Made by a program: the position numbers and the translations under genes | Source: Gracilinanus agilis | Lineage: Eukaryota | Direction: 5' to 3' | Length of the DNA stretch: 64,000 bases | Assembly (NCBI RefSeq): GCF_016433145.1 | Contig: NC_058134.1 | Span: 64,065,387 to 64,129,386, forward strand | Notes under the pieces: generated by a model | The model's input: the letters and a program-made list of their open reading frames with translations, nothing else | Database searches by the model: none | Told to the model about the DNA's origin: nothing | Shown: in pieces, positions 37,090 to 48,097 of the stretch | How the letters are laid out: the number at the start of each line of letters is the position of its first letter | Position numbering within the stretch: position 1 is the stretch's first letter

Positions 37090-37470
37090 TTTTAATGTCT
37101 CTTCCTTTTTTCTTTTTTTCTTATCTTCCTAAGATTTTCCTCTCATTTATCATCTTTCCCCACCTTCTTTCTCTCTTTTTTCACATTGCTCTTGTTTCTT
37201 CTTTCTCTAATCTTTTAAAATCTCTATTCTTTCTCTCATCTCTCCCCTCATTTTCATCTCTTCTCCTTTCTTCTCCTGTCTCTCATACATTTCTGCTTTA
37301 TTTTTCCTTTCTTTCTCCTTCCTCTCTTTCATCTTTTTACTCTCTCCTTCCTTCCTTCCCTGTCTCTCTTCCTCTTCTCTTTTTTCTGTCTCTTTTTCTT
37401 TCTCCTCTACTCCTCCCTCTCTCTTTCTCTCTCTCTCTCTGTCCTTCTCTCTCTCTCTCCCTCCCACCTC
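37090..37470. repeat. CT-rich low-complexity polypyrimidine tract
   Basis: About 380 nt almost entirely C and T. Confidence 0.92.
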
Positions 37471-37829
37471 TTCCCCATCACTGAACAGGTATGAGAAAAT
37501 TTTTTCTTGATTTATTTTAGTTTTTATAATTTTCAATTCCAAATTCTCTCTTTCCCTCTGCCCATCCCATATTCATTGAGAAGACAAGAAATACAATAGA
37601 AGGGAAGGATATTTTTTAGAAAAATGTGGTGGTCTGCTTCCCTACAAATTCCATCTCAAAAAATTAGGGATATAGTATATCCTGAAAATTTCAGACTAAT
37701 TGTCTGCTGTGACTTTAAACATACCTTGATCTCAACCCCAAAAATATAACAAATACACACAGGACCAGATTCAGAGTTGATCCTTGCCTTGGAAGGAGTA
37801 ACCTTGAGAAATGATAATTTTCCTCTTAC

Positions 37830-37944
37830 CTGCCCCTGCTCTGTTTCTCCTCACCAAGTATTGGGCCATAGTTCCCATTTTATCTTTCTTCTCCTCTTCC
37901 TCTTCCTGTTCCTCCTCCTGCACACCAGGTAAAGTTCCTTTCCA
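37830..37944 (-). CDS. C17orf98/SPMAP1-like protein, coding exon 2
   Basis: Strong acceptor cttgtattcctactttatctttgcag|TGG and donor GCAG|GTAAGA. Gives WKGTLPGVQEEEQEEEEEKKDKMGTMAQYLVRRNRAGA(G), whose end matches recalled family QRYLNRRNWAGTG. 115 nt, phase 0 to phase 1. Confidence 0.9.
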
Positions 37945-39469
37945 CTGCAAAGATAAAGTAGGAATACAAGAACCAGAGAGAATAGGGAAAAGCAAACCCA
38001 TAAAAATACTCAACAGAGTCATGACTCTTAGGCCTCCAGTTTGGCTGTAAGTAACTTAAGATCAGTGGGGTCTTTCCAAAGAATAGACTTGGCTGGCGCA
38101 GAGAACGTCTAATATCAATAATGGGAATGGCTTCTCCCAGTTTTAGTTCTGCGTCCCTCCTTGATCTCCTCTCCATGCTCAGTCTTCACTGTAAGTATTT
38201 TCTCTTCCACATTGCCACTTTGTTCTGATGCTTTTACAGAAATTAATTCCCTCTGCATTTTGCTTTTGTTTTTGCAAATTTTCATGAAGCACCCCCACAT
38301 CCACCAATCAAAATGCTGACACAACAGAGCATGCTATACAGGAATAGCAATATTGCATTTGACTACTTCCTCTGCCTGACAGGCAAGTTGCTTAGTCATG
38401 TTCCATTCTTCATGATCCCATTAGAGGTTTTCTTGACAAAGATACTGAAGTGGTCTGTATGTCCTTCTTCAGTTCATTTTACAGAGAGGAAACTGAGGCA
38501 TAGAGAATTAAATGACTTGACCAAGGTCACACAGCTAGTAAGTATCTGAGGCCAAATCTGAACTCAGGTCTTCTTGACTCCAGGTCCCATGCTCTATCTA
38601 TTGCATCACCTAGATTATCTCTTATATTTATGCAATATAGTTTAGCCCTACTGTACAAATCTGCCACCTTCCCCTCCAAAAAAAATTATCCTCCTTTCCT
38701 ACCTCTCTGCCCTTTTCCCCATTCTTCACTTATGGAGAGGTGAGTTTGTATTCTAGATTGGAAAAAATTAGTCCCTGTAGAACCTTGGACAACCCACTCT
38801 GGGCCTTTTTCCTTGATTATGTAGGGGGACTTGGACTGGTCATTGAAGGTGACCTCTTCTTGGCTCTGAATATATTATGCTCTCTGATCTTATTAATTCC
38901 TTTCCATTGTTTAAAGTCCAACTCAAATGAACCTTCTCCAGGAAACTTTCTCTGATTCATGTCCCTGCACCCCTTGATAATTAATTTTCCCCTCTGATCC
39001 CCCCATTCTATTTTTGAACCTATTATGTATTACTATGTTTATGGCTATGTTGGTACTTTATCTGGGAATAAACTTTGTATTTCTCCCCACAAATACCCCT
39101 ACCACCAAGAACCTAGGCACATGCTATTAGATAACGACGTTTCCTGTGTTGTAGGATCATATGAATCATAACCTGAAGCTAGAGGGAAACCTAAAGGTCA
39201 TCCAGTCCAATAACCCTCAATTAATAGATGAAGAAACTGAGGTCTAGGAGAGTTTAAGTGATTTGCCCAAGAGTCTAAGTATCAGAGATAGAATTGATAT
39301 TTACTCCATTTTCCAAAGAAGAAAACTTGATTTAAGCTAAGAGGACCCAGGTTGGGATCTTGCCTCTGACACCATCTTATGTAAGCATTTTGAGCAAAAT
39401 GGACTTAACCTCTCTATACCTCAGGGACTCACTTTTTAAAAAAAATATTTTTAAATTTTTTCCTTGAAA

Positions 39470-40060
39470 AAAACTTGTACAAAAATATGCATAGACATTT
39501 TCTTTGTGGTGACAAAAAATTGGAAAATGAGGGGGTGTCCATCTATTGAGAAATGGCTGAATGCATTGTGATATATGTTAGTGATGGAATATTATTGTGC
39601 TCAAAGGAATAATGAACTGGAGGAATTCCATGTGAACTGGAAAGAGCTCCAGAAATTGATGCAGAGTGAAAGGAGCAGAACCAGGAGAACAATGTGGTAC
39701 AATCAAATATAATGGACTTCTCTACTAGCAGCAATGCAATGACCCAGGACAATCCAGAGGAACTTAGGAGAAAGAATGCTCTTCACATCCAGAGAAAGAA
39801 CTGTGGGAGCAGAAATGCATTAAAAAAATATATGATTGACGATGTAGTGCGATAGGGATGTGATTAGGGTTTTGATGTTAAAGAATCGCTCTACTGCAAA
39901 TATGAATAACATGGAATTAGGTTTTGAATGATACATGTAAAACCCAGTGGAACTGCTTGTCAGCTTTGGAAGGGGGAAAGGGGAGGGAGTGGGGAACAGG
40001 ATCATGAATCATGTTACCATGGAAAAATACTCTAAATAAAATTTAAAAATAAAAAAATAA
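39470..40060 (+). mobile_element. L1_Mdo-type 3' end
   Basis: gaaattgatgcagagtgaaaggagcagaaccaggagaac...catgaatcatgttaccatggaaaaat plus A-rich tail. Confidence 0.9.
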
Positions 40061-40084
40061 AACACATTAGATTATTGCCAAAGA

Positions 40085-40265
40085 TAAATAAAAATTTACT
40101 GTGTTTACATGATTCATTTTCTTTCCCTCCCTTTTTCCTTGCCCTCTCCCAGAGCCAACAAGCAAGTCCACTGGGTTCTACAAATGTTTTCACTTGATAC
40201 CTATTTCCATATTATTCATTTTTACTATAGAGCAATCTTTTAAAGGCAAAATCCCAAATCACATA
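40085..40265 (-). mobile_element. L1 3' end, antisense
   Basis: gtttacatgattcattttc...ctatttccatattattc, the reverse complement of the neighbouring L1 end. Confidence 0.8.
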
Positions 40266-40973
40266 CTCAGGGGCTCACTTCATGTTGGAGTGGGCTAGAT
40301 GACCTCTGTGATCCCTCTCAGCTCTACTTCTGTGTTCCTGTGAAACTTGAGCCTCAAGGAATTCCCAGCTGGTCAAGCTCCTTCATTTTGTAGATGTTGC
40401 AGGGAAATGACTTTCCCAAGGGCACATGTTTCATTGGATATTTCTGAGAAGTACCCAAAGGGTCCAGAAAGTTGATATTAGATCACAAAGCAGATCTTAT
40501 TCAAGTTTCACTCTCTGTGGCTGGGCAACCCTGACCAAATCATTTGAACTTCTCAATGCCCTAGGCATCTAAGAGTATTTTTTTAATGTTATATTCTAGC
40601 TCAGAATCAATACTGTTTATTGGTTCCAAGGCAAAAAAGTGGTAAGGGCTAGTCAACGTGGGGTTAAGTGACTTGCCCAGGATCACACAGCTAGGAAATA
40701 TGTGAGGTCAGATTCATCTAAGAGCTTTAAATTACAAAAAAGATACCCATCAGAAGCTGTCCTGGGGAAATCACAGATCCAATTTTTTAAAAATCCCAGT
40801 TATACTCATTTCTATATACCCTTTTCAAACAAAATCAAACAATTCTAATCACTTTCAAATGTAAGCTCTTAGAAGAGTAAGATGCCTTCCTACTCTTATG
40901 TGTATACATCCAATCTAGAATAATTTATTATCTTAATATACCCAAGCCATGCTGGTCTACAATACATACATAG

Positions 40974-40975
<2 letters not shown>

Positions 40976-41013
<38 letters not shown>

Positions 41014-41022
41014 CACACACAC
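40976..41022. repeat. (CA)n microsatellite ((UG)n in the minus-strand pre-mRNA)
   Basis: CA run with one interruption, about 50 nt from the exon donor at 41070. Confidence 0.95.
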
Positions 41023-41070
41023 TCAATTTTTTGCTTATTCCTTGAATAAAAGAAAGCATAAAGAACTTAC

Positions 41071-41325
41071 TGGATCTCTTTCCTGAGGAAATCGAGGTGA
41101 AGCCTTGGTTGCAAAATAGGCAACCAAGTGGGGGTCCTTCTGAGCATTGTAAGGGGGAATGACACTCTTCAGGTTTGACAAGAAATTTGGGGACCCTTTT
41201 GATAGGCTGTCCACTGCAATACAATCCAGAATGAACCCTTTTTCCCTATACCACAAATTAGGGGCTGAACCTGGTGGTACAAACATTTTTGACAGACTAC
41301 CCCACCTCTGTTTCTTAGGCATCAT
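41071..41325 (-). CDS. C17orf98/SPMAP1-like protein, first coding exon
   Basis: MMPKKQRWG...WYREKGFILDCIAVDSLSKGSPNFLSNLKSVIPPYNAQKDPHLVAYFATKASPRFPQERDP. Contains EKGFILD and the IPPYN signature. Donor CCA|GTAAGT; 255 nt, phase 0. In-frame TAG lies four codons upstream of the first ATG. Confidence 0.92.
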
Positions 41326-44300
41326 CACTGCTTTCTATGGAACTGATCTGGAGGAAGTGGGGAATAGAATTAGAAATCAGAAAGTTGAGACCAAGACCTA
41401 TCCAGGATAACTGTGTCACTGCCTCCCTGTTGTGCTGGCCAGTCTGCATGGGTGACAACAAAAAGCATTGTTGGTAAACTAACAAGAATGTTCACCAGAG
41501 CCCAATGCTACTTGTGCTCTCTATCCATGAAAAAGGTTTATCAGAGCCCAGCAGTGAGTATGATAGATAGTATAATGGAAATCCCTCAGTGACTCCTCTT
41601 GCCCTTGTGTTCCCAACAAAAGGGACCTCATGTGACTTCAAAGCTGAGCCAATAATACTCCTATCTGATGTCACCAGGGACTTGAGAAAAGGTGGGGGCA
41701 ACCTGAAAAAAAAAAGGTACAAGGAAGTCTGATCTGATCAAAGAATCTGCTCTCCAGTACCATTCTATGAGGAGACTTTCAGAGAAGAGGAGTAGATTTT
41801 TTTCCCCTTGTACTGGACCAGATATTCCCTTTCTGGACAGACTGGCAGGGGATTTTCTGAGCCCCTCAACTCCAAACCAAGAGTGATCTTGGGAAAGTCA
41901 CTTCATGAAGTTCTGTTGTTTCTATGAAATTCAGATAACCCCTACTTTCAAGTCTTCCTCACTGGCTTATTCAAAGAGTTAATTAAATAGCACTTTGTGT
42001 CTCTAGCAAAAAAAAAAAAAAAGACTGTGGAGTCCAAAGTATTAGTAGCTGGTTGGAGCAGCAGGGTTTTTCTATTTTCTCTCTAACGGTAAAACCTAGC
42101 TACCTTCCACGGAAACCGGCTGATCTTTCAGGTGCACTCATTCAATGATACTTCCTCAGTGAGTTAAATTCTCTTTTCCTTTCTTAGCTTTCAAAAGCCT
42201 TTGTATTAATGCTCAGCTCAGCTTTGGTCACTAGAACAGGCTGTCAAGTGGTCCCTGAGTGGGGGGAGGTGGAAGCTAGACCTTACCAGCAGAGGTTTCC
42301 CCTCCATCCATGGATCATGGTGGAAAGAGTATTAGATCTGGAGAGACAACCGTCAGGAGGAGAGGACCCTTCCAAATCTCTAATTCCCTGACTCCATGCT
42401 TCTGTAGAACTTCCTGGTGAATACCAGAAATCCAGAGCAACCTAAAGCCTCAGGGCTAGAAGGGATCAGGAGATGTAATGTCCAAACATGAGAGAAAATG
42501 CCAGACTAGGAATCAGGAAAACATTAAATTGCATTCTACCTCAGCCATTTACAAGCCAGGTGATCCTGGGCCACTCTGTTAACCTGTGGGAGCCCCAGTT
42601 TCTGTATCTATAAATGAAGACTTCTAATTAGCATAGGGTTTTAGAAAGACTGGTTCAGTGACAAAAGCATGGGCTACTCTTCCATTTATCTTCTATGTAC
42701 AAAGTTGTTGGCATGTTGTCTCCTCCATTTGAATGGGAGATCTTTGAAGACTGGGAGCATTTTTGGCATGTTCCATTGCCTTTCTTTAAAACTCCAATGC
42801 TCAACATAATTAGTCTTGTCATTGTCAATGCTTATCAAATGTTTATTGACTGACTTTTGACTCTGGCTTTCAGAGGACCTGAGTTCAAATCACATTTCCA
42901 ACATTTACAAACTGTGTAAGTCTCTTAACTCTCTCTGAGCTTCAGTTTCCTCATCCACAAAATGGAGACAATTATTGGGGTTTCCTTTAAGGAGAGACTA
43001 TTAACTGGAGGGGAAAAAACCTGGCTTAGATTAAAATCTGATCACCTACACTTACCATCCATATGACCTTGGATAAGTCACTTACTTAGCTTCTATAAGC
43101 CTCTCATTAGGTAAAATGAGAAGTCATACTAGATAGCTTCTGAGGTCCCTTCCAATTCTAGACCTGCGATCTTCCATGGGGATAATAGAGCATTCTGTAT
43201 GCAAATGGAAGAATTAATTATTTTTCCAGTTGACCAGTTCTCACACAAGCCCAAAGACAAAACAATGGATATTTTTTAGCTTGATCATTACTTGAAGCCC
43301 AATTATGACATGGCGATATACACAGTTTTTACAGCAGATAGATACTGGTTTTCAGGAGCAGTTTGGTCTTTGCCCTGGAATAAATATTACCTGAGGACTC
43401 CTTAAGAAAACAGTCCAGTTCATTTTTTGTCTTCATATCCCCAGGGCCCAGCACAGTCCCTAGAACATGGTAGATGCTTAATAAATGTGTGTTGCTTGAT
43501 TGCCAAGGACTTCAGAAATTGTCAGCTGCATTTCTCACTTCCTACTTAGGAAATGGTAGCCTTTGCTATAGAGGCAGCTGAAGTCTTCATTTTTCTTTAG
43601 GGACTTGGTCTGTGTCTGAGGTTGCTAATAAATCAAAAGCTCTAATTGTCTGTCAGAGATTAGTAAGAGGGAAGGGAAGCTGGGCATTTTTCAAGGATGT
43701 GAGTAGCTTGACAGCATTTAGCCCTTTTTGACCCCTTCCATCTTTTTGCTGTTCATATTATTTGTTAGCTAGCCTCCATGCATGCTGGGGGCCTAGCTAT
43801 TCTCTTCCAGCCTGCATGGGTGATGATGCTCTAATTGGACCGTTAAAGGAATCCTGCCAGGCTCTACAGAGCAGGCACTCAGCATACAAGATGGACCCAG
43901 AAATAATCTTAATGGGTGCCAAGAACTCTTTTCATTTCAAATTTTAACTAGAATCCATTTAAATCCATTTCTTCCTTTCCTTCTAGTGAACTTGGGCATA
44001 CTGGAACCATTTTCAAACTTTGATCTAGCCACTTGAAAAAAGGAAAATTTCATCAATACCAAAATATTCACCATTATCCAAAAATATCAATATCCACATA
44101 TGAACTTGTTCAGTGTTGAAGAAGCTGTATATTCTGTTTCTGACTTTTGAACAGATTCAGAGTGGAGTGAGCAGAACCAGGAAAACAATGAAAATACAAG
44201 CACAACAACAACGTTGTAAAGACAGATAGCTTAGGAAGACTTAGAGATCCTGATCAATGCACTGACCATACTTCCAAAGGATCTATACTACAAGAAGAGG

Positions 44301-45041
44301 TCAAGATGTAACCAGAATGAGACATGTGGTTTTGCGACATGTTCAATGGGAAAATTTGGTTGTTTTGTTCCAACACTATATATTTGTTAGGAGAGTTTGT
44401 GTTTTTGTTGTTCTGTTTTGGTTTTGGTTTCTAATGAGAGGGAAGGTAGAAAGGAAAATACATGTTTTTTGTTTATAAAAAAAATACCTAATCTTCCTTG
44501 ATGTCAGTTCATTCAGCTATAAAATGAAGATGTTGGAATAGAAGGACTCCTAAGTCCCTTCCATAGCTCTCCGTCTTTAATCCTAACTTTTCATGGTAGC
44601 CAGAATATGATAATCTGCTACCAGTCTCCACAGAGATAATGATTTAATATTTCCAAATTAAAGCCAATAACAATCTGATTGCCTTCAATCTCTCTTAAAA
44701 AAATTTTTTTTTAACCATTACCTTCTGCCTTAGAATAAATACTAAGTGTCAGTTCCAAGGCAGAAGAATGGTAAGGGCTAGGCAATTAGGGTTAAGTGAC
44801 TTGACCAGGGTCTCCACAGATAATTAGTACCTGAGGTCAAATTAGAACCTAGGACCTCCTGTCTCCAGCCCTAGCTCTCTATTTACGGAGCCACCTAGCA
44901 GCCCCTATCAATCTATCTCTTTTTAAAAGAATTTATTTTTTTTGTTACATTTATATATCCAGTTGACTCTCTCTTTCCCCATCTCCATTAGAGAAGGCAT
45001 CATTTAACCTCAGGCACTTGCTAGCTGTGGAGAGGAAGTTG

Positions 45042-45309
45042 GTGGCATCTAGTACAATCAAGTACAGAGGATCTCCCTGAAGTTCAAAGGGGTCTCAAAT
45101 TGGGCACAACAAAGAAGAAGAAAAGGAAGGACAAGGACAAGAGAAAGATCCTGAACCAGATCTTAAGGAATAAAAAGAATGAGGAGAAGAAGCGGAGGGG
45201 GCTGGACATAAGAACCCAGCTCAGATAGCCTATGAGAAGATGCAGGAGAAGAGGCAAATGGAAAGAATCCTAAAGCATGCAAAACTCATTAAGGAGAGTG
45301 GAGGCTTCA
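45042..45309 (+). pseudogene. FAM32A: Processed pseudogene of FAM32A, frameshifted and 3'-decayed
   Basis: Across at least two frameshifts it reads YNQVQRISLKFKGV / LGTTKKKKRKDKDKRKIL...NKKNEEKKRRGLDIRT / PAQIAYEKMQEKRQMERILK. Collinear with recalled FAM32A (YEQVQKGPLKLKGV...KRKKKKKDKDK...KKNEEEKRRGLDKRTPAQAAFEKMQEKRQMERILKK). No introns. Confidence 0.88.
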
Positions 45310-45991
45310 GATTGGGGTAGAAGCTAGAATTGAGACTCCATCTCTGTTCCTGGGATATGAGCTACATGGCAGCAGCTGCTTCTGAATTTGCTTTTTGCTT
45401 AATATACGACCTAGGACCAGCAACTACTCAACCATTCCCTACCCTGGAAAACCACCTAAATACAGTACCCCTGCTCATTCTGCCTTAGATCATTGTCCTG
45501 GAACTAGGAAGTAAGTATCAAAGCTGCTAGCTGGTACTTCTTCTTGTAGCCTTGTACTCAGTGCCCCCTATAGATTCATAGCCCCTCCCTGGGTGCTGGA
45601 ATCCCTCCCCCCCTCTCCCAATCTGGCCAGAACCTATCCCCATGACCCTCTCAGGTCGTCTAATTCACTGTGAATTTTGAATTTCCCCATCAGAATTCAA
45701 TATGGAGCATTTTATGTAGCTGTTTGGAGGAGTTTGGGGACTTTACCATATTGATTTCTGCTGCCCTATCATCTTGGTCCCACCTCTATTTCACACAATT
45801 TCTACACAACCATTTCATTTTTCAACAAACTTCAAGCACATCGTGTTTCCTTCCTCACACATGTGATAGTATACAATAACAGGCTGACAGAACTAGTCCA
45901 CTTTGTTAACAACTTCTTAACAAAGAACAAGGACTTGTGTTTTAACTTCAGCCACCCAGAACCAGCAATGGCCATTATATTTGATCAAAGT

Positions 45992-46266
45992 NNNNNNNNN
46001 NNNNNNNNNNNNNNNNNNNNNNNNNNNNNNNNNNNNNNNNNNNNNNNNNNNNNNNNNNNNNNNNNNNNNNNNNNNNNNNNNNNNNNNNNNNNNNNNNNNN
46101 NNNNNNNNNNNNNNNNNNNNNNNNNNNNNNNNNNNNNNNNNNNNNNNNNNNNNNNNNNNNNNNNNNNNNNNNNNNNNNNNNNNNNNNNNNNNNNNNNNNN
46201 NNNNNNNNNNNNNNNNNNNNNNNNNNNNNNNNNNNNNNNNNNNNNNNNNNNNNNNNNNNNNNNNNN
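45992..46266. other. Assembly gap (275 N)
   Basis: Run of N. Confidence 1.
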
Positions 46267-46759
46267 TGGATTTTATTTGGGGGCTCTTTTTCCTCTCTTC
46301 CAATAAGATTTTTTTTAGTAATGGACACATCCAACAAGTCATAGCTACAGAGATCCAATGAACCATCTAATTGATTCTTTTGTCACATTTAACACTTAAT
46401 TTTATGATAAGAAACAACAGAGAGTAGTGATTGGAGAGCCAACCTTAGAGTTCAGATAGACCTGAGTTCAATAATGGCTTCTGATATGTATAGGCTATAT
46501 CATTTTGTACAAGGCATTTTATCTCATAGCTCCTCCAAGGTAACTAAGACTATAAGTTCCAGAAGAGCTAATGATCTGTTTGATAGGGAGAATTTCTCCC
46601 CTGGAACTTCCCCCTATCAATAAAACTTGCAAGTCTTATTGCCTAAAAATTTTTATGATGTACTATTGCATAGCCCCAAGTCCAAGAGTAGGAGCTGGTT
46701 GGTTATTGTCCTTTGCACTTAAGACAAAAATGGCATCACTGATGACATCTTTTGACTCA

Positions 46760-47245
46760 AATAAATAGGATATAAGTGAGGCAGAATTGCATGAAGTTGT
46801 CAGCCTCCCTCTCACCAGAGTCATTAAAGTTCATTGGCAAGATAAAAGTCAGGAGGACTGGTGATGACTCAGGATGCAGTGGATGACCTTGATGTCTTCC
46901 ATGTATAACCAAGCTCTAGACACCCCATAATACCTGCTTCTCTTTCCTTTATAACTGTTGAGACAAATTGTTCTCTTCTGCCTCTTCTACCAGGGAAGTC
47001 TTCATATACCTGGAGTAGACACCCTCCCTTAGCTCATGGATGGATTTGAGGATTTTTGGTTACCCTTGACCTAGTTTACCTGCCTGCTGAGACAGTTTAC
47101 CAGGGTGTAGCTGCTACACATGCTACAGCTTCTTGGAGCCACAGGTGAGAACTAGGGGATGTGTAGACCCAAAGATAGATGAACAGCCCTGAAAAGGACT
47201 CACACCAGAGGTGCTAGTCCTTCCTGAACATCCCACAAACCTCTA
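46760..47245 (-). mobile_element. RTE-clade LINE 5' region / RTE-derived SINE remnant
   Basis: Reverse strand reads ...ccctggtaaactgtctcagcag...caagggtaacc..., recalled as marsupial RTE 5' UTR-like. Confidence 0.65.
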
Positions 47246-47342
47246 AGACTAGCGGTAAGCAAGAAATGGCAGTCATCTAAGACAAAATATACAAAATGCC
47301 CAGTCAGCAAGCCTCATGCTGCCTTCAAAACACTCTAGACTG

Positions 47343-47530
47343 CAGTGATGGGCAAACTATGGCCCGTGGGCCAGTTTGGGGTGGGGGAGCACAACATTAT
47401 TCCCAATCTGATCAATACAATGAGAAGGATATAATACAATGAAACTTCAAAAGAGTTGCCTTAGAAACAGACTGACAGATGAGCATTTCCTTTCCTTTGG
47501 CCCCCTCTTTAAAAAGTTTGCTCATCGCTG
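47343..47530 (-). mobile_element. Non-autonomous hAT element, family B
   Basis: Termini CAGTGATGGGCAAACT...AGTTTGCTCATCGCTG; body is the reverse complement of 56725-56928; flanked by ctctagac(tg) and ctctagag. Confidence 0.88.
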
Positions 47531-47904
47531 CTCTAGAGTAACATCCCAGGAAGGCAAAACCAGATTAAAATATAATTGGGAAATATTTACCAAAATAAAA
47601 GCACAATAAAATATAATGTTATTTTTTCTGTTTTTCTAAGTCAATCTATGACCTCCTCTTTGAGTTTGGCACCATTGGCCCTAGGACATATATAGCAAGG
47701 GAAAGGATGCATTGAGAGATGGTTTTTCAAATGGTTTATTTTTAATTCCAGTGGAGTGAGACTCTCCCAAGATACAAATGTACTAGGCTGAGTATTCTAA
47801 GCTCAGCTGGCAATATCTCCACTTCTAAGGTTCACCCTATTTCCCATTACATGTTCCTCCAATTTCAGTCACCAATGATAAATGTGCCCCAATATCATAT
47901 AGTT

Positions 47905-48097
47905 TAGTGGTTCCCAAACTTTTTTGGCCTCCCGCCCCCTTTCCAGAAAAAGTATTACTTAGCCCCCTGGAAATTAATTTTTTAAAAATTTTAATAGTGA
48001 TTAATAAGAAAGATAAATGCACCTGTGGCCATCACCGCCCTCCTGGATTGCTGCAGCACCCACAAGGGGGCGGTGGCGCCCACTTTGAGAATCACTG
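47905..48097 (-). mobile_element. Non-autonomous hAT element, family A (third copy, opposite orientation)
   Basis: Reverse complement of 21056-21237; duplication atatagtt/atatagcc (6/8). Confidence 0.9.

Noticed and set aside
37095-37542. 129-aa and 111-aa ORFs
   Set aside because: Artefacts of the CT/GA low-complexity tract.
38115-38324. Minus-strand ORF, and a DQGGT...W fragment, as alternative exon 2 of the paralog
   Set aside because: In-frame stops and no acceptor before DQGGT; the exon at 37830-37944 has proper sites and the YLxRRN motif.
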